A stretch of DNA of 64,000 bases from Acanthaster planci (Eukaryota), in contig NW_019091356.1 in NCBI RefSeq assembly GCF_001949145.1, positions 3,888,934 to 3,952,933 on the forward strand, written 5' to 3'. The notes beneath the pieces were generated by a model that did not search any database, was not told the origin of the DNA, and was given only the letters and a program-made list of their open reading frames with translations. The translations under genes and the position numbers were made by a program. Numbering within the stretch: position 1 is the first letter of the stretch; each line of letters opens with the position of its first letter. This document shows positions 38,062 through 50,600 of this stretch, piece after piece.

Positions 38062-39777
38062 TATGGTAAAATCCTTGCTAGAAGGCATGAAAAAATTCAA
38101 AATGAATTAAATTGTCGGTGATCAAACAGATCTGAGCCTTGGAAACCAGCCATCCAAAATGACGAAAAATATAAAAAACAAAATTCTGAAAAAATTGTTG
38201 GTTCAAGTAACGGACTACCCCCACAACTGTGGGGTCTGACGTCTGCCCCGCTCCCATGGGGCGGAAGTCGGACCCCACAGTTCTGGGGGGGGGTAGTGAC
38301 GGACATGACTGTATAGTCACCAGGTCACTTATTGCACGACTTACTGTCAAAAACTAATTAGACTTGACAATAGGTGGTGAAATTAGGGACCTGGGGACTA
38401 TAAGCCTACCGTCACGCTAGCCCCCCCCACTAGTGTGGCACGGACTCTCGCTACCGCTCCATCCTTCGGTAGCGAGAAGAGTCCTTGCCACACTAGTGGG
38501 GCTACCATCACGCATGTTATTCACAATTACAGCCATGGCAACGTCTACTTTTGTGGTAAAATACTGCACTGCAACAGTATGGTGTCTCCCTGACAATCAC
38601 ATCTGTTACCATGGATACCTCTCATTGATGAATTTAGACTCATACTGCACGACAAAAATGGTTTCAATTTTTGAAAACTAGCAAAGGCGAGCATCTGTAC
38701 ACGATGACGCATGCAGTATTGACAAGTCCAAAAACTGGAAGCAACAGGCAACAATAATGTGGATTCTTCTGCCCTGGAAAATTGAAAAGTCTCTAGAATC
38801 CTTGCCATGCTACATGTAGGTGCTGGAAGCCAAGAAGCAGGATAGCCAAATCAAAAAGGACCCTGAAGAAGTCGCTGAGAAAGTGGCCTAGGCCTTACGT
38901 TAGGCCTTGTACATACATGTACATGTACAATACATGTACATGTGCGTTGCAAGGCTGCAACCAGCAGCAGGTTTTGGCTTAAGCCCTACTTTGACTTGTC
39001 TGCAAGTTGTAAGATACCGACTTTTGAAGTATTGAATGTTCTCACATGTACACTTTAGAAATACATAAATTCTTCATACTCACAGACAGTTTTTCTGCGT
39101 TCAGCTCTCGGTAGTAATATTTTTATATTAGAAACTACTGTTAGGTATGCACATGTACATGTATGTGGTGCTAGGCATTGCTAGAGAAAGACCATGGTTC
39201 TCAATGACGCGAAGCACAGCCGAAGTCCATGTTCGTCTTGTATCTAATGCCTTTTATTTACACCTTTGAACTCTGATCCCAAATATATAAATAATTTATA
39301 ACTGTGCTCCGCCTACTCCTTGCGAATACGTGCAATTAGTTTGTTTAATCATTGCAATTGTGCAATACAATAAAAGGCAAACGCATCCTAAGTTTTGCCA
39401 GAGAAAAATGCTTTCAAAATCAAATATTTTCCTTACGTGAGAATGACTCTTTACTTCAGAATCCTTATTTCATACAGAATTTATTTGTTATTCAGTTATT
39501 TATATAAACAAGCTTATTATTCATGACTCACTCTGATTGGTTACTTTTGACCCTAATGACCTAGAAATCCTCGGACCACTGCCGGCACATGTAAATGATT
39601 AGCTTTGTACACGGCCGTATCACAGTCTGTTTGTGCATGTAGTGTAGGGTAGGGTAAATAATTGTCTCTCGCTCGATCACTGAATCGGCTGATTTCTCAT
39701 CAATTTGCGCACACTCAACTCAGTTGCCTGCTTCTTCTCTTCCAGAGGGAGTTGTCGGCTTGGATCAGAAATCCATC
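38062..39777. promoter_or_regulatory. Divergent (bidirectional) promoter / 5'UTR region shared by LSS and CYP51
   Basis: Start codons face away from each other, 1717 bp apart. Contains palindromic TTTATATAAA (39499-39508), TGACTCA (39524-39530), a reverse CCAAT box (gattgg 39535-39540) and TGACCC-taa-TGACCT (39548-39562). Splice acceptors just upstream of both ATGs imply non-coding first exons. Confidence 0.6.
38212..38508. repeat. Two adjacent palindromic hairpin (MITE-like) elements in the LSS 5' region
   Basis: 38212-38300: ctacccccacaactgtggggtc ... gaccccacagttctgggggggtag. 38417-38508: tagccc..cactagtgtggcacggactctcgctaccg ... cggtagcgagaagagtccttgccacactagtggggcta, a stem of about 35-40 bp. 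Confidence 0.65.
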
Positions 39778-42700
39778 ATGGCATCTTCAGGAGCCGGGAG
39801 TTCGCTGGTGGAAGGGGCGATCGGACGATGGCAGGAGACGAGCACATTGACCATGGTGCTTGTCACCACGGCGTTTGTGCTTGTCGTCGGGGCGGTGTTC
39901 CGTAAGATGTTGGGAGGGGCAGACAGAAAATCCGTAAGAGCCATGGTCATGATCATGCATTGATAATGTTTCTTTTCATTTATTTTAAAATCGAAAAATT
40001 ACCATTTTTTATTAATTTTGAATGAATGTCGAGAGTGGCACTTACATGTAAAATATCCTTTTATTTTAAAATAGTTTATTCCCCGGTCCCGCACTTTAGC
40101 CCTTACGAGGCCGGCCTAGGCCCTACCTGGGCCAAGTTCCTCCATGGATTGACATACCTGAACTCATCTTCTAATCAATGCCGTTCTTATTTTGAAAATT
40201 ACACCTTCAAATTACGCTTCCTTTCTTTCGATTCTTTATTATTTATGAGTTCCATACACGGACAACATGAGATGCTCCTGTGTATGCACAAACCTATGAT
40301 GAGACTTGTCTGAAAAAAAACAACATGTTTTCTAAGTAGGGCCTCATTGCTTCAGAATTTTCTTAGCTAAACTTTTCAGGACATTATCACTTCATTGCTG
40401 TTACAATATTCAAGGGAAGATTAGTGTTGTCCAAGTATGGAACTCCTTCCTTTATGGCATGTCTGGAAAAACTGTTATTTACAAATATTACTTTGCAAGT
40501 GTAGTTTTCGCCCAATTATATTTTGGGGGGGGGTTGATGTAAGTCACCAACATCAATATTAGGCTTGTGTATTTGTCCCCGCATCTTTAAAGTTGAGAAT
40601 GTTGATTAAAAGTGTTCGGTGCTGTTCTTCATCTAATCATTAATCAATGTTTTATTTTTCAACATTGAAGTTCTCCACTTCTCGTTTCTGCTGCAGAACA
40701 TCAAAGTGCCCCCATACATTCCCGGTATTCCTTTCCTGGGAAAAGCAGTTGAATTTGGAGCAAACCCCATCAAGTTCCTTGAAGATGCTCACAGAAAGGT
40801 GCTGAATTGTTACCACTTTTCATATTTGTGTCCTTACTAAGAAACAGCAAACAAGTCAAGTTCTGTTCATTTTGTGAAAATTTTATAATTGATCATCCAT
40901 GTGTGTTCTCTATGCAAATTAGTTTATTGATCATTCCATCTTTTTAACTTACAGCTTCAAATTTAGTTACGCTCTTTGTGTTTGAAAACCACCAAGTAAA
41001 CATTTCCAGTGGCTCTAATTATTTTTTGTTTGGGGGTTGGCCTTTTTTTCAATCCCAGTATGGTGAGATTTTCAGCTTCACGATGGTGGGCCAGACCTTC
41101 ACTTATCTGATTGGTCCAGAGGCAAGTGCACTCCTCTTCAATAGTAAAAATGAACAGTTGAATGCAGAGGAGGTCTACGGTCGTCTGACCACACCCGTGT
41201 TTGGGAAGGGCGTGGCTTATGATGTTCCTAATGCTGTGAGTATCTTTTTTTTGTGGGGGTGATACCTTCCAGCACAGACATTAGGTCGAGTTTTCATATG
41301 AGTTTATTTGTGCTTTCAAAATCCTGATGTAGACTTGTTGCTGAACATGGCATATGAAACCTTTATTTGGATGTTTGAACAAAGCAAAATGGACTGATAA
41401 CAGAGATCAATTTGGTTCAATAAGATTCAAGCTTTGCAATTTGATATTTTTTGAGGCTTGTAGCTGACCTTTGAAACTCAGATATGAACTATTTTTATTG
41501 ACACTTTGTTTTGTAAGTTTTGTTGTCTTAGATATTCAGTCTATATTTGGATGAATCACTTTGTTGTACCTGAGCCAAAATAATCGTTCAGAGATCCATC
41601 TTTGAGTTAATGGAGAAAAATGACTCGTAGATACAATTAATTTTGGTTGAATTGATAAAAGTTATCAAAACCTTCTGCCACAGATTTTCAAATGTTGTTA
41701 CTATGGCAGCAAGAAATCTGACCCATGAAATCTCTCTTGTAATTTCATTCAACCCTGCCATTTGTTTTCCGAAAGTGGAGACAAGTTTTGATTTCAATTT
41801 TTTTGCTGGCACCTGCAATATGTTTTGATGGTGTGGTCAGATGGATTATTTGCAGAAGCTAGTTTCTAAACAGTTTGATGTGAGCCTACTAGCAGATAAC
41901 AGAGAAAAAGTGCTCTTGAAATGTTCATTTTGTACTTTTTTTCTGGCAGAAATTCTTGGAGCAAAAGAAGATCTTCAAGTTGGGCTTGAACATTGCTCAA
42001 TTTCGTAAGCATGTGGAACTGGTCCAAGAAGAGACAGGAAACTACCTGACAAGATGGAAGAAAAGCAGTGGCCAAGAAAGTGAGAATTCTTTTGCGCCAG
42101 GCGCCCTCAAAAAATCTCACATTTTGTTGCAGTTTTGAATTTTGAAACAGAAGCAGATTTTGTGTCCAGACATTCATCACCTTGGTTTGATAAGAACCTT
42201 ACTGGTTAAAGGTTACATCTCTGTTGAAATTGTTAGTTGTGTAATTAGTGAAAAACGTCTTCTTGCAAGCTTGGTTAAATAAAATGATTTTTTTCTTCCA
42301 GATCTGTTCGTAGCAATGTCAGAATTGATCATTCTCACTGCTAGCCGCTGTCTACATGGTAATGTATCACGTCTTCTTCATTCATAATGCCATTTAGAAT
42401 TGTCAAAAGGCAAAATTAGCAATAATTTTTAATTTTTATTTAGTGTTACACGAGTATGAATTGCTTTAAATTTGAAATCTATGTAGATTTTAAGAAATGT
42501 AAGAATCAATCAATAACATTATGTATATGTAGATTCTGCCAGTACAGATCAAGGCAATTTTGTCCCTGAGCCAGACACATTACCACAATAGCTTTATCTA
42601 AAAGTATCAGAACTTCTTCTGCAATGACCTCATTTACCAGACAAATTACTGTCAGAATTCCCTGTAGAACAAACTGTATAATTCCTCACTTTTCCTGCAT

Positions 42701-45242
42701 GAGACTTTTTACTTCCCAATGTTAATTCCACCAATCAGGGAAAGAGATCCGCTCACAGCTTGATGAGCGTGTGGCTCAGTTGTACATGGACCTAGACGGG
42801 GGTTTCAGTCATCTAGCCTGGCTCTTTCCCAGTTGGATACCCTTCCCAAGCTTCCGCAAGCGGGACCGTGCCCACCTGGAGGTCAAGAAGATCTTCTACA
42901 AGGTAACCAAAAAAAGAAATCCAGATATGTCTTTCAAATTTTATAATATGGTGTGAAAGAGACTTTAATTTACACTTTCTGGTCTCTCTGAAGTCTGCAC
43001 CCCTCTGCATTAAATGGAAGAATCTCCTAACTGTCACTTCCCTAGTCTTGAATGTATCATCCGTCCACTAATCTTATAAAAAAATGTTTTCATTTTTGAC
43101 CTAAAATTTTGTTCTGGTCAACGTTTTCATAATGTCGGAGATGTTCAGGAAAACCGAGAGAAAAGTAACAAGAGTTTTTTTCTTTCTTTTCAGGCTATAA
43201 AACAACGCAGGGCTTGTGATAATCCTGATGATGATATGCTTCAGACACTAATTACGACGGCATACAAGTAAGTTTAGTCCCAACAATTTGACCACCAGGC
43301 TACCTGTGACAGTTCTAGCACACATGGCTGTCTCACCCATAGCCTGGGCTCCATACAGCACATGAATCCCTATTAATGCTGTGAACTGAGAACAAAGACT
43401 GTTTACTTTCATGTGGTATGGTGTTCAAGTTATCATTTCCATCTGGAGACCTTCTTGGTAGCCTGGATGCCACCCTGTTTAAGACAATTTTCTAATTGCA
43501 CACAAAATCTCAGAAACCTTAACTTTTCCTGTATTGTTTTTGCGCAGAATAGTCTCTCAGAAATCTTTTGTAACAATGGCCACTTTGACTGTTTCAGGAA
43601 TGGGGAGTTGATGACGGATGACGAGGTAGCCGGGATGTGCATAGGCTTACTGTTGGCCGGCCAGCATACGTCATCCACCACTAGCTCCTGGCTAGGATTC
43701 TTCCTAGCTAAGGACAAGGATCTCCAGGTAGGAATGGGTGTTAGTGCCAGGAGGGGGAGGGGCTTAGAGAAAGGATTTAGTAGGCGAGTAACGTATGGAG
43801 AATTTATACATTGAAGCATTCTCTGCAATATACTAAATATACTAAACTTTTTTACAGTTGTGGTTTTTTTGGTTTTGGTGATTTAGGAACGTTGTTACCA
43901 AGAGCAACTGAGGATATGTGGCCCTGATGTGGATGAACCATTAACATATGACCAGGTAAATGTAACATTTTGTAAAAAAATCGTATTTTCTTGCTTAGTA
44001 ATACATTATTTTACAGACAGAACTAGGTAAAACTTGTTTTTTCTTCATCTGATATGTTTGGCAAAATCTAAACAAGGAGACGAAGATATTTACCTAGCTG
44101 GAGATGTATTTAGAAATGTAGGTTCTTAAAACAGATTCAAGTCTTTTCCAAGTATTCATGAATTATTTATGTCCCGATTTATGCATAGGTAAAGGACATG
44201 ACGCTATTGGACCGTTGCCTGAAGGAGACCTTAAGGATACGCCCACCCATCATGACCATGATGAGGATTGCCAAGGTGCCTTTGGTGAGTAGGTGATTTA
44301 ACCTCAGCTTGCTTAGGACAGTTACTTCATAAAAACGGCTCATTAAAATGTACTTGGACTAGTTTTGCTTTTTGAAGCTGAGGCCGTGTCTGAAACAGGC
44401 TTCTAGAGCTACAACGGCTAAGTCTATTGTCAGCACATCTCTGTGTATTTCCAATGGAGCGAAGACCTTGACCTCGCTCTAGACAACAGATATGGATGCA
44501 GCCTGAGTGCTTAGAGAGCAGGGAAACTTAATTCTTGTGAAATCAACAAGATGTATTCATGAAACGGCTGTTGTGTCCCCGCGCAGACTTTCAAGGATTA
44601 CGTCATTCCGCCTGGGCACCAGGTGTGCGTCTCACCAACCGTCAACCAACGCATTGAGGACCAGTGGATGCCCGAACCTTTGACCTTTAACCCTGATCGG
44701 TAAGACTTCCTCTTTACACAACTACCACAAGACAAATACCACCATCTTGGCATGTTGCCACATAGCAAAGCATTCTGGGACAGATTGGGGCCAAAAAGAA
44801 AGAGAAATTAATCAGTTTATTTTGTGGCTTCAGCTTTGTGGTCATTTTATTGGACACTATTTGTCATCCAATGCTTTTCTTCACATCTTAATATTTTGAC
44901 TTTAGATGAACACATTTTCTATCATGTCTAACATCTGAAAATGATGTCGTAATTATTCTACCGGCCATTATGAAGCTATTGAAAACCTTTGATTTTACTC
45001 ACCACAGTTTCATTGACGAGAATGCTTCTAACAGCGACAAGTTCTCCTACGTTCCCTTTGGGGCCGGGCGGCATCGTTGCATCGGGGAGAATTTTGCCTA
45101 CGTCCAGATCAAGACCATCATGTCGGTCCTCATCCGCAAGTATGAGCTGTCTCTTGTGGACGGTTACTTCCCCACCATCAACTACAGCACCATGATCCAC
45201 ACACCCTACAAGCCCATCATCGCATACAACCTCAGGAAGTAG
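39778..45242 (+). CDS. CYP51A1: Sterol (lanosterol) 14-alpha-demethylase, cytochrome P450 family 51, 500 aa, 12 coding exons
   Basis: Exons: 39778-39933, 40697-40798, 41059-41235, 41950-42079, 42302-42358, 42739-42902, 43194-43267, 43598-43727, 43887-43955, 44189-44284, 44587-44699, 45008-45242; total 1503 nt. Has an N-terminal membrane anchor, [14 protein letters not shown]51 signature [21 protein letters not shown]-helix [10 protein letters not shown], ExxR (ETLR), FNPDRF and heme motif [10 protein letters not shown]. Confidence 0.97.
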
Positions 45243-47625
45243 GACACCCTATGTAGTCTGAAAGTTACTCGTTCAGAGGGAAAGATTCATAAACTACAGA
45301 TTTGGAGATAGAGTGTGGTTTTGGTGTGAAACAAAATGGGTCAAGTGCACAGCGGTTTGTGAATTTACATGCACCACTTTTCCTAACATAAGTACATGAC
45401 CATAAACCATACCGAGATTGGTGAGAAACGGAAACATAAATTATGATTTTTTTTCAAATGGGATTATCATTTAACTGTTAGGTTTTCTTCATTGTCAGCT
45501 GATTCTGCCATTGCTGTCTTTGATGGAGGCCTGTTTATGGCCAGGAAGTGGAGATATTAACTTAATAAATTGTACAAAACTTTGTACAAAATAGTTTCGC
45601 TGTGAAATAACCATAACAGAAAAAATATCATTGTGTATATTTATTATTTGATGTTCAGTCAAGTGGTGGTAATTTTTTGGGGGTTCTGTGTGCAGATTTT
45701 GCCACCAGCCAATTGGATGATGGCTTTGTTAAAAATACACCAGCGCATGTTTAGAAGACAGCCTTTCAATGGTTGACATCAGTACATACATGTAATTGGA
45801 AAATATCCCCCGACTGGAATGGTTTAAAGAATGAGAGTGAATCAAGACAAATTAAGATAGCTATTTAATCATGATGCATTACATCGAAGTTGTACAATAA
45901 TATAGCATTGCAAAACCTTGTATTATCCTAAACAGTAAATGTGGGAATTTAGCACACCATAATTATCCAAATTTAGTTGTACTTTGTCTTCAAATCATTT
46001 ACAACGTAAGTTTAATGAGCAGGATTTGTAAATCTGTCTTTATTTTCCATTCCGAAGGTTACTGCAGAGAGAAATGAGATTTACAACATTCAGTCCATTC
46101 TCCACTGAAAAAGTTTGTAGATTTTATTGCCATTTTGAGCCTTGCAAAAGTCCATGAAAATGTACAAAAGTGTGGCCAGTGAAATACAGTGAATTCAAAG
46201 ACATTTTGTTCAATTCTGCATAAATTTGCATTGGACCTTAGAGGTGTATCACCGTGTGTTATAAATGCACATGTATCTCCAAAGGACATTAAAAAACAAG
46301 TAATCACCCAAGGTTTTGCCCTCCTCAACAGCGATAGTGCAAGTCCTTTTCAGGCTCTCTTGGAGACTGCAAAAACAGGTTCACAAGCAAAATTGGTAGA
46401 ACTTGAAGCATCTCTTTTCTGGAAGTGTTTGCATTTTCATTTTGCCATGCAAATTAAGTTCTCCCGCAGGCTTTGAGAAAACACAAATACGTGGAAGGTT
46501 GTACACTGACCATCGACATGAATTTCCGGAGCACAGCCCTCTACTGTGTTTAGCAGATGCTACTAAACAAGCCTACGAACCTTCAAAAAGTGGCACAGAC
46601 CAATTCCTCATTGGAAGTACGACAGTGAAATGTCCATACAAAGCAAAGTTTTAAATACTTAATACAAGCAGATACAGCAGTAATTAGACACAAATGGTAC
46701 ATGCTGAAAACAAATGGAAAGCAAAAGCCTTAAACTAAAATAAAAACCAGATAAAATGGCTCAAAACACCCTACCCAATTTTACATTAAAAATACTATTT
46801 ACACCCGTCTCGCATATCATCCCGTTTCACATCCAAGTTGGAGGCTGCGACGAGTAAAACATCCAGTGAAATAAGTGTTTCAAAGCGCACAATTATTATT
46901 GGACGTTCTCACGTTACCATGGAACATATCCTTGGTCCTAGCTCAACGAAGAAAAGGACACAACCTGATCAATATTTGTAGTGTGGAAAACCACCCCTGC
47001 AGAGAATGAATCAGGAGAGATTTTTACTTCAGCGAAATACCTACAAACCCCCAAAAAACCTTGGAACAAAAAAATAACAAGACTCTCAACTACTATACTT
47101 ACACAAGCAAAAGAAAAAAAAGAAACTATTGTGTACATTCAGCCACATGTCTGGAACACTGATGCACCCGCCCCTCTAAAAAAAAGAAGAACGCCCAGAA
47201 AAGGGACAGAACGAAGTGACAGGAGTGATCACAAAAACTTGGAAGAGTGGCAGGCTGCTGTAACATTAATTCCATAATGTGGAGTCAGGGAACCAGATGA
47301 TGTTAGAAGAAATTTCTATTAAGGTAAACAGCAAAGTTTCTTGTCTTTCTTACTCAGATAATGTGTAATGGTGATTACAAGGGGATTTCAATCAAAAGTG
47401 ATATTTGAAGAAAATGTGAAGATTTGTAACAGAAAAAAAGGATCGCTGTTCATATTTCAAGATTCTCCTGCTTTGGAAACCACGCATACACATCTCTTGC
47501 GAACAGCGTCAACAACTTCACCGTGACTGTAAAACCCCTGCCACATTTCTGTTGACTTCCAAGGGGATTCCTGGTGAAAAATGTTTGGCAAAAGGTTGCA
47601 ACCCAAGGAAGCTGCGTTGCTGTAG

Positions 47626-50600
47626 TTAGGACAGTCCAAACCTTTCAGCACGTTTCTTCTTCTTTGCCTGTAAAAAAAACATTAAAGTTTAAAACATTTT
47701 GGGTTTCTGTTCTTTCCCAGTTTTTTCCTCCGAGACACATGGTCCAAAAAAAATGACACCTCCACTGTAGTGCAGTTCTCAACGAGAAAAATGTCTACTG
47801 CGCGAAATATGAGGATTCAAATTGAAATCTTCAGCAACTGCGAGTAGGCCATAGCGCCCTCGGTGGTCAATGCCCAGACACATTGAAATCCTACCTCTAC
47901 ATCATCCCCACCGCCCCCTGTCGATATTCTCCTGGTCCCCGTAGCCTTCACTGCAGCAGCTGTTGTAGTATTGGTGATCACCCCAAAGCGCTGCTTTCGC
48001 TTCAAAAGTCGTTCCATCTCATCCGTCTGGCCAGTTACAAAGCCAAAACAAAAATTACAGGCATACTGGATGTTATTACTTTAAACAGAAATTCTCTCCG
48101 GTTAGCAAATTTGATTTGATTTTAATCAAAAATTTAATCAAATGCTTCTGTCGGCATATGTCGAACCCTTTTCTGGAAACTGACCTTTTGGACAATGGGG
48201 GACACAGCTGTACCAAACCTCTCTGACCGCTTCTTCAACTTCTCCAAAGCGTCTGACTGCATTCAGATAAAAAATAAAATTAAGACCTCAAAAGCTACCA
48301 CACTCTCTCACTCTTGTCTGAAAAAAAAACACTGCACAGCACGCCAGTCTGAAATCACAGAAAAACAAACAAATGGAAGCAAATTGAAAAGAATTTACAA
48401 AGAATGGAGCAAAAAATATCTGGTGTTCTCAGTTCGGACATATAATCTGTGGTCATCAAAGGTCAACATAGACTACTTCTGCCACGATGGCTTACCGAGA
48501 CTGCCGATACTTTGCCTTGTGTTTTGGGGACAGCCCCAGCTGATGCCGTCACAGCTTGCTTGCCTCCAAACCTGAGTCAAAGGTATGTCATTGTTTGTCA
48601 GGATTAATAATGACATCATACATATTCATGAGTGGGCTTATCAAAATCCTGATCTTGAGAATTCTGTGATATTCTGAAGAGTTTCTTTATGAATTATTGT
48701 TAATGAGGCTAATGTTAATCTGAATATTAAGTTGAACCCCGCATCAACGTAACGATAGTACATGATATTCAATACAGCTTCCATTTGTTTTGGCTTTAAG
48801 TTAAGCCAGAGTTATAATATTAAGGACGACAAATTACTGAAATTAACAGAAAGCAATCGAAAATCACACTTACTTTTCTAATCGGGCTTGTTTCCTTGCC
48901 TCTTCTGAGAGAGGTGTGTTGAATCTTTGGGCTCGCAAAGCTTTTTTCTGCATAATAAAAAAATGGGCTTCATCAAAACATCTTTTGAAAGTGTCCAATT
49001 ATATCTACATGTACATCTTTCTTTTAATCAAAGAATAAGCAGTGTTTCAGTTAAGAACCGATTTGTCAGATTTATCCGTCAAAGTGTGGAACTATCAAAG
49101 GTTTTATGAATCTGAAGCCAAACATTTTGTACGTTACTAAATTGAAGAAATGATTACCAAGTATATCTTTCAATAGAAATAAAACCTCTCATAAAATCAC
49201 CTGGTCTCTAGGAAAGTTTAAAGATTAATAACAACAAATCAATACTGAAAAAGAGAATCATAGAAGACAGTTTTGAATTTTGACAGCTCGTTTACTGCAC
49301 CTCAGCTGGAGTCAGTTCACTGGTGGTGGCAGGGATGGTGGTGATTTTTTGTGCCGCGACGACAGGGGCACTGGGCTTGGCCTGAGAGGCTGTCAGTACG
49401 GGTTTCCTTTGTAGGGCAATGGGGGAGGTAACCTTGGCAACGGTTTCCGCGACAGCTGGCTCTTCTTCCTCATCATCCAGAAGATTTGGCTCATCCTGGT
49501 GAAACGATATTGGATGTTTTGGGGAATGTATTGAAAAACACTGCAACACTGTTTCCATACATCTTCATCGGAATTCCATGAAGAGTTTTAGTCCTCCATA
49601 CTTTCGCTTGAGTGTCATTTCTCCTACATGTACTGGTGCTTACGTTCGCCAAAACTATTCTGCAAGACAACTGATCCTAGGTTTGGCCAAGAAGTCGTAA
49701 AGATGCTGGGGACTGTTTTCTTCTTGTCCCAAAACTGATTTGATTAATATGATGCCTAGTGATGCTTGATAAGTCTGACAGCGTAAGATCTAATCTGTGT
49801 TAAAACAGCTGAACTGCCTTATAACAGCAATGTCACTGTTTAAGTCTTTCAACAATTTATTGGACACTACAAATACCACAATTATTTCGCACTTACGGTC
49901 CTCCACTTCGACGCAGACAGAAAGACTCAAAAAGCTTTTACATTTTCTACAGATCGACCTTAAGTTTCAAATCCAGCATAAGTTTTGGGGATGTTAAAGG
50001 AATCTTACCTCTTGCGCTAAAAGATCTTCCTCAACTGAAAATAAAGACAAGGAGGAATTGGGTCAAAGTTCATGAAGGCCAATCAAATAATGGTATTCTA
50101 ACTGAAAATTAAGCAAGTCTGACATCCAGATTTCACCTCATAGCATTCAGTTCAAAATCTGCATGTACCAACCTCCAGATGTTAATATTGCATCTGTGGG
50201 CTCTGTGCCGTTGTCAAGGATTGCCTCATCTGTGACATGGACAAAAATACGAGAAATGAAGGAACAAATTTGGAACATCCACGACCATTCTTGAAGGTTT
50301 TTGGAGAAAGAGCCTGTGTCCAAATGAAGCATTTTGGCCAACTCTACCTGTTGCTCTGGTAGTAATGAAGCACAAATCCAGAACAGGTACCTGCTGTTAG
50401 GCAATGCCTGCCTGCAATGGCTATGGCTAGATTAACATGTGTGCTTATGGAAGTCTCTAGCTAGCGGCTGCAGAGACTTCCCATACACACGTGTGTGACT
50501 GCTAGCCCCAGCTAGTTGACTTAGACACAGCCTTTGCTCAGCAAGTCCTCCATAGCCGCTGCACCCAACACCATGCTCAGCTACAAAGCTTATAGAGGTT

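Noticed and set aside
38905..39170. (TACATG)n-like runs in the LSS-CYP51 interval as regulatory elements
   Set aside because: The same motif is scattered across the whole window, so it is background simple repeat.
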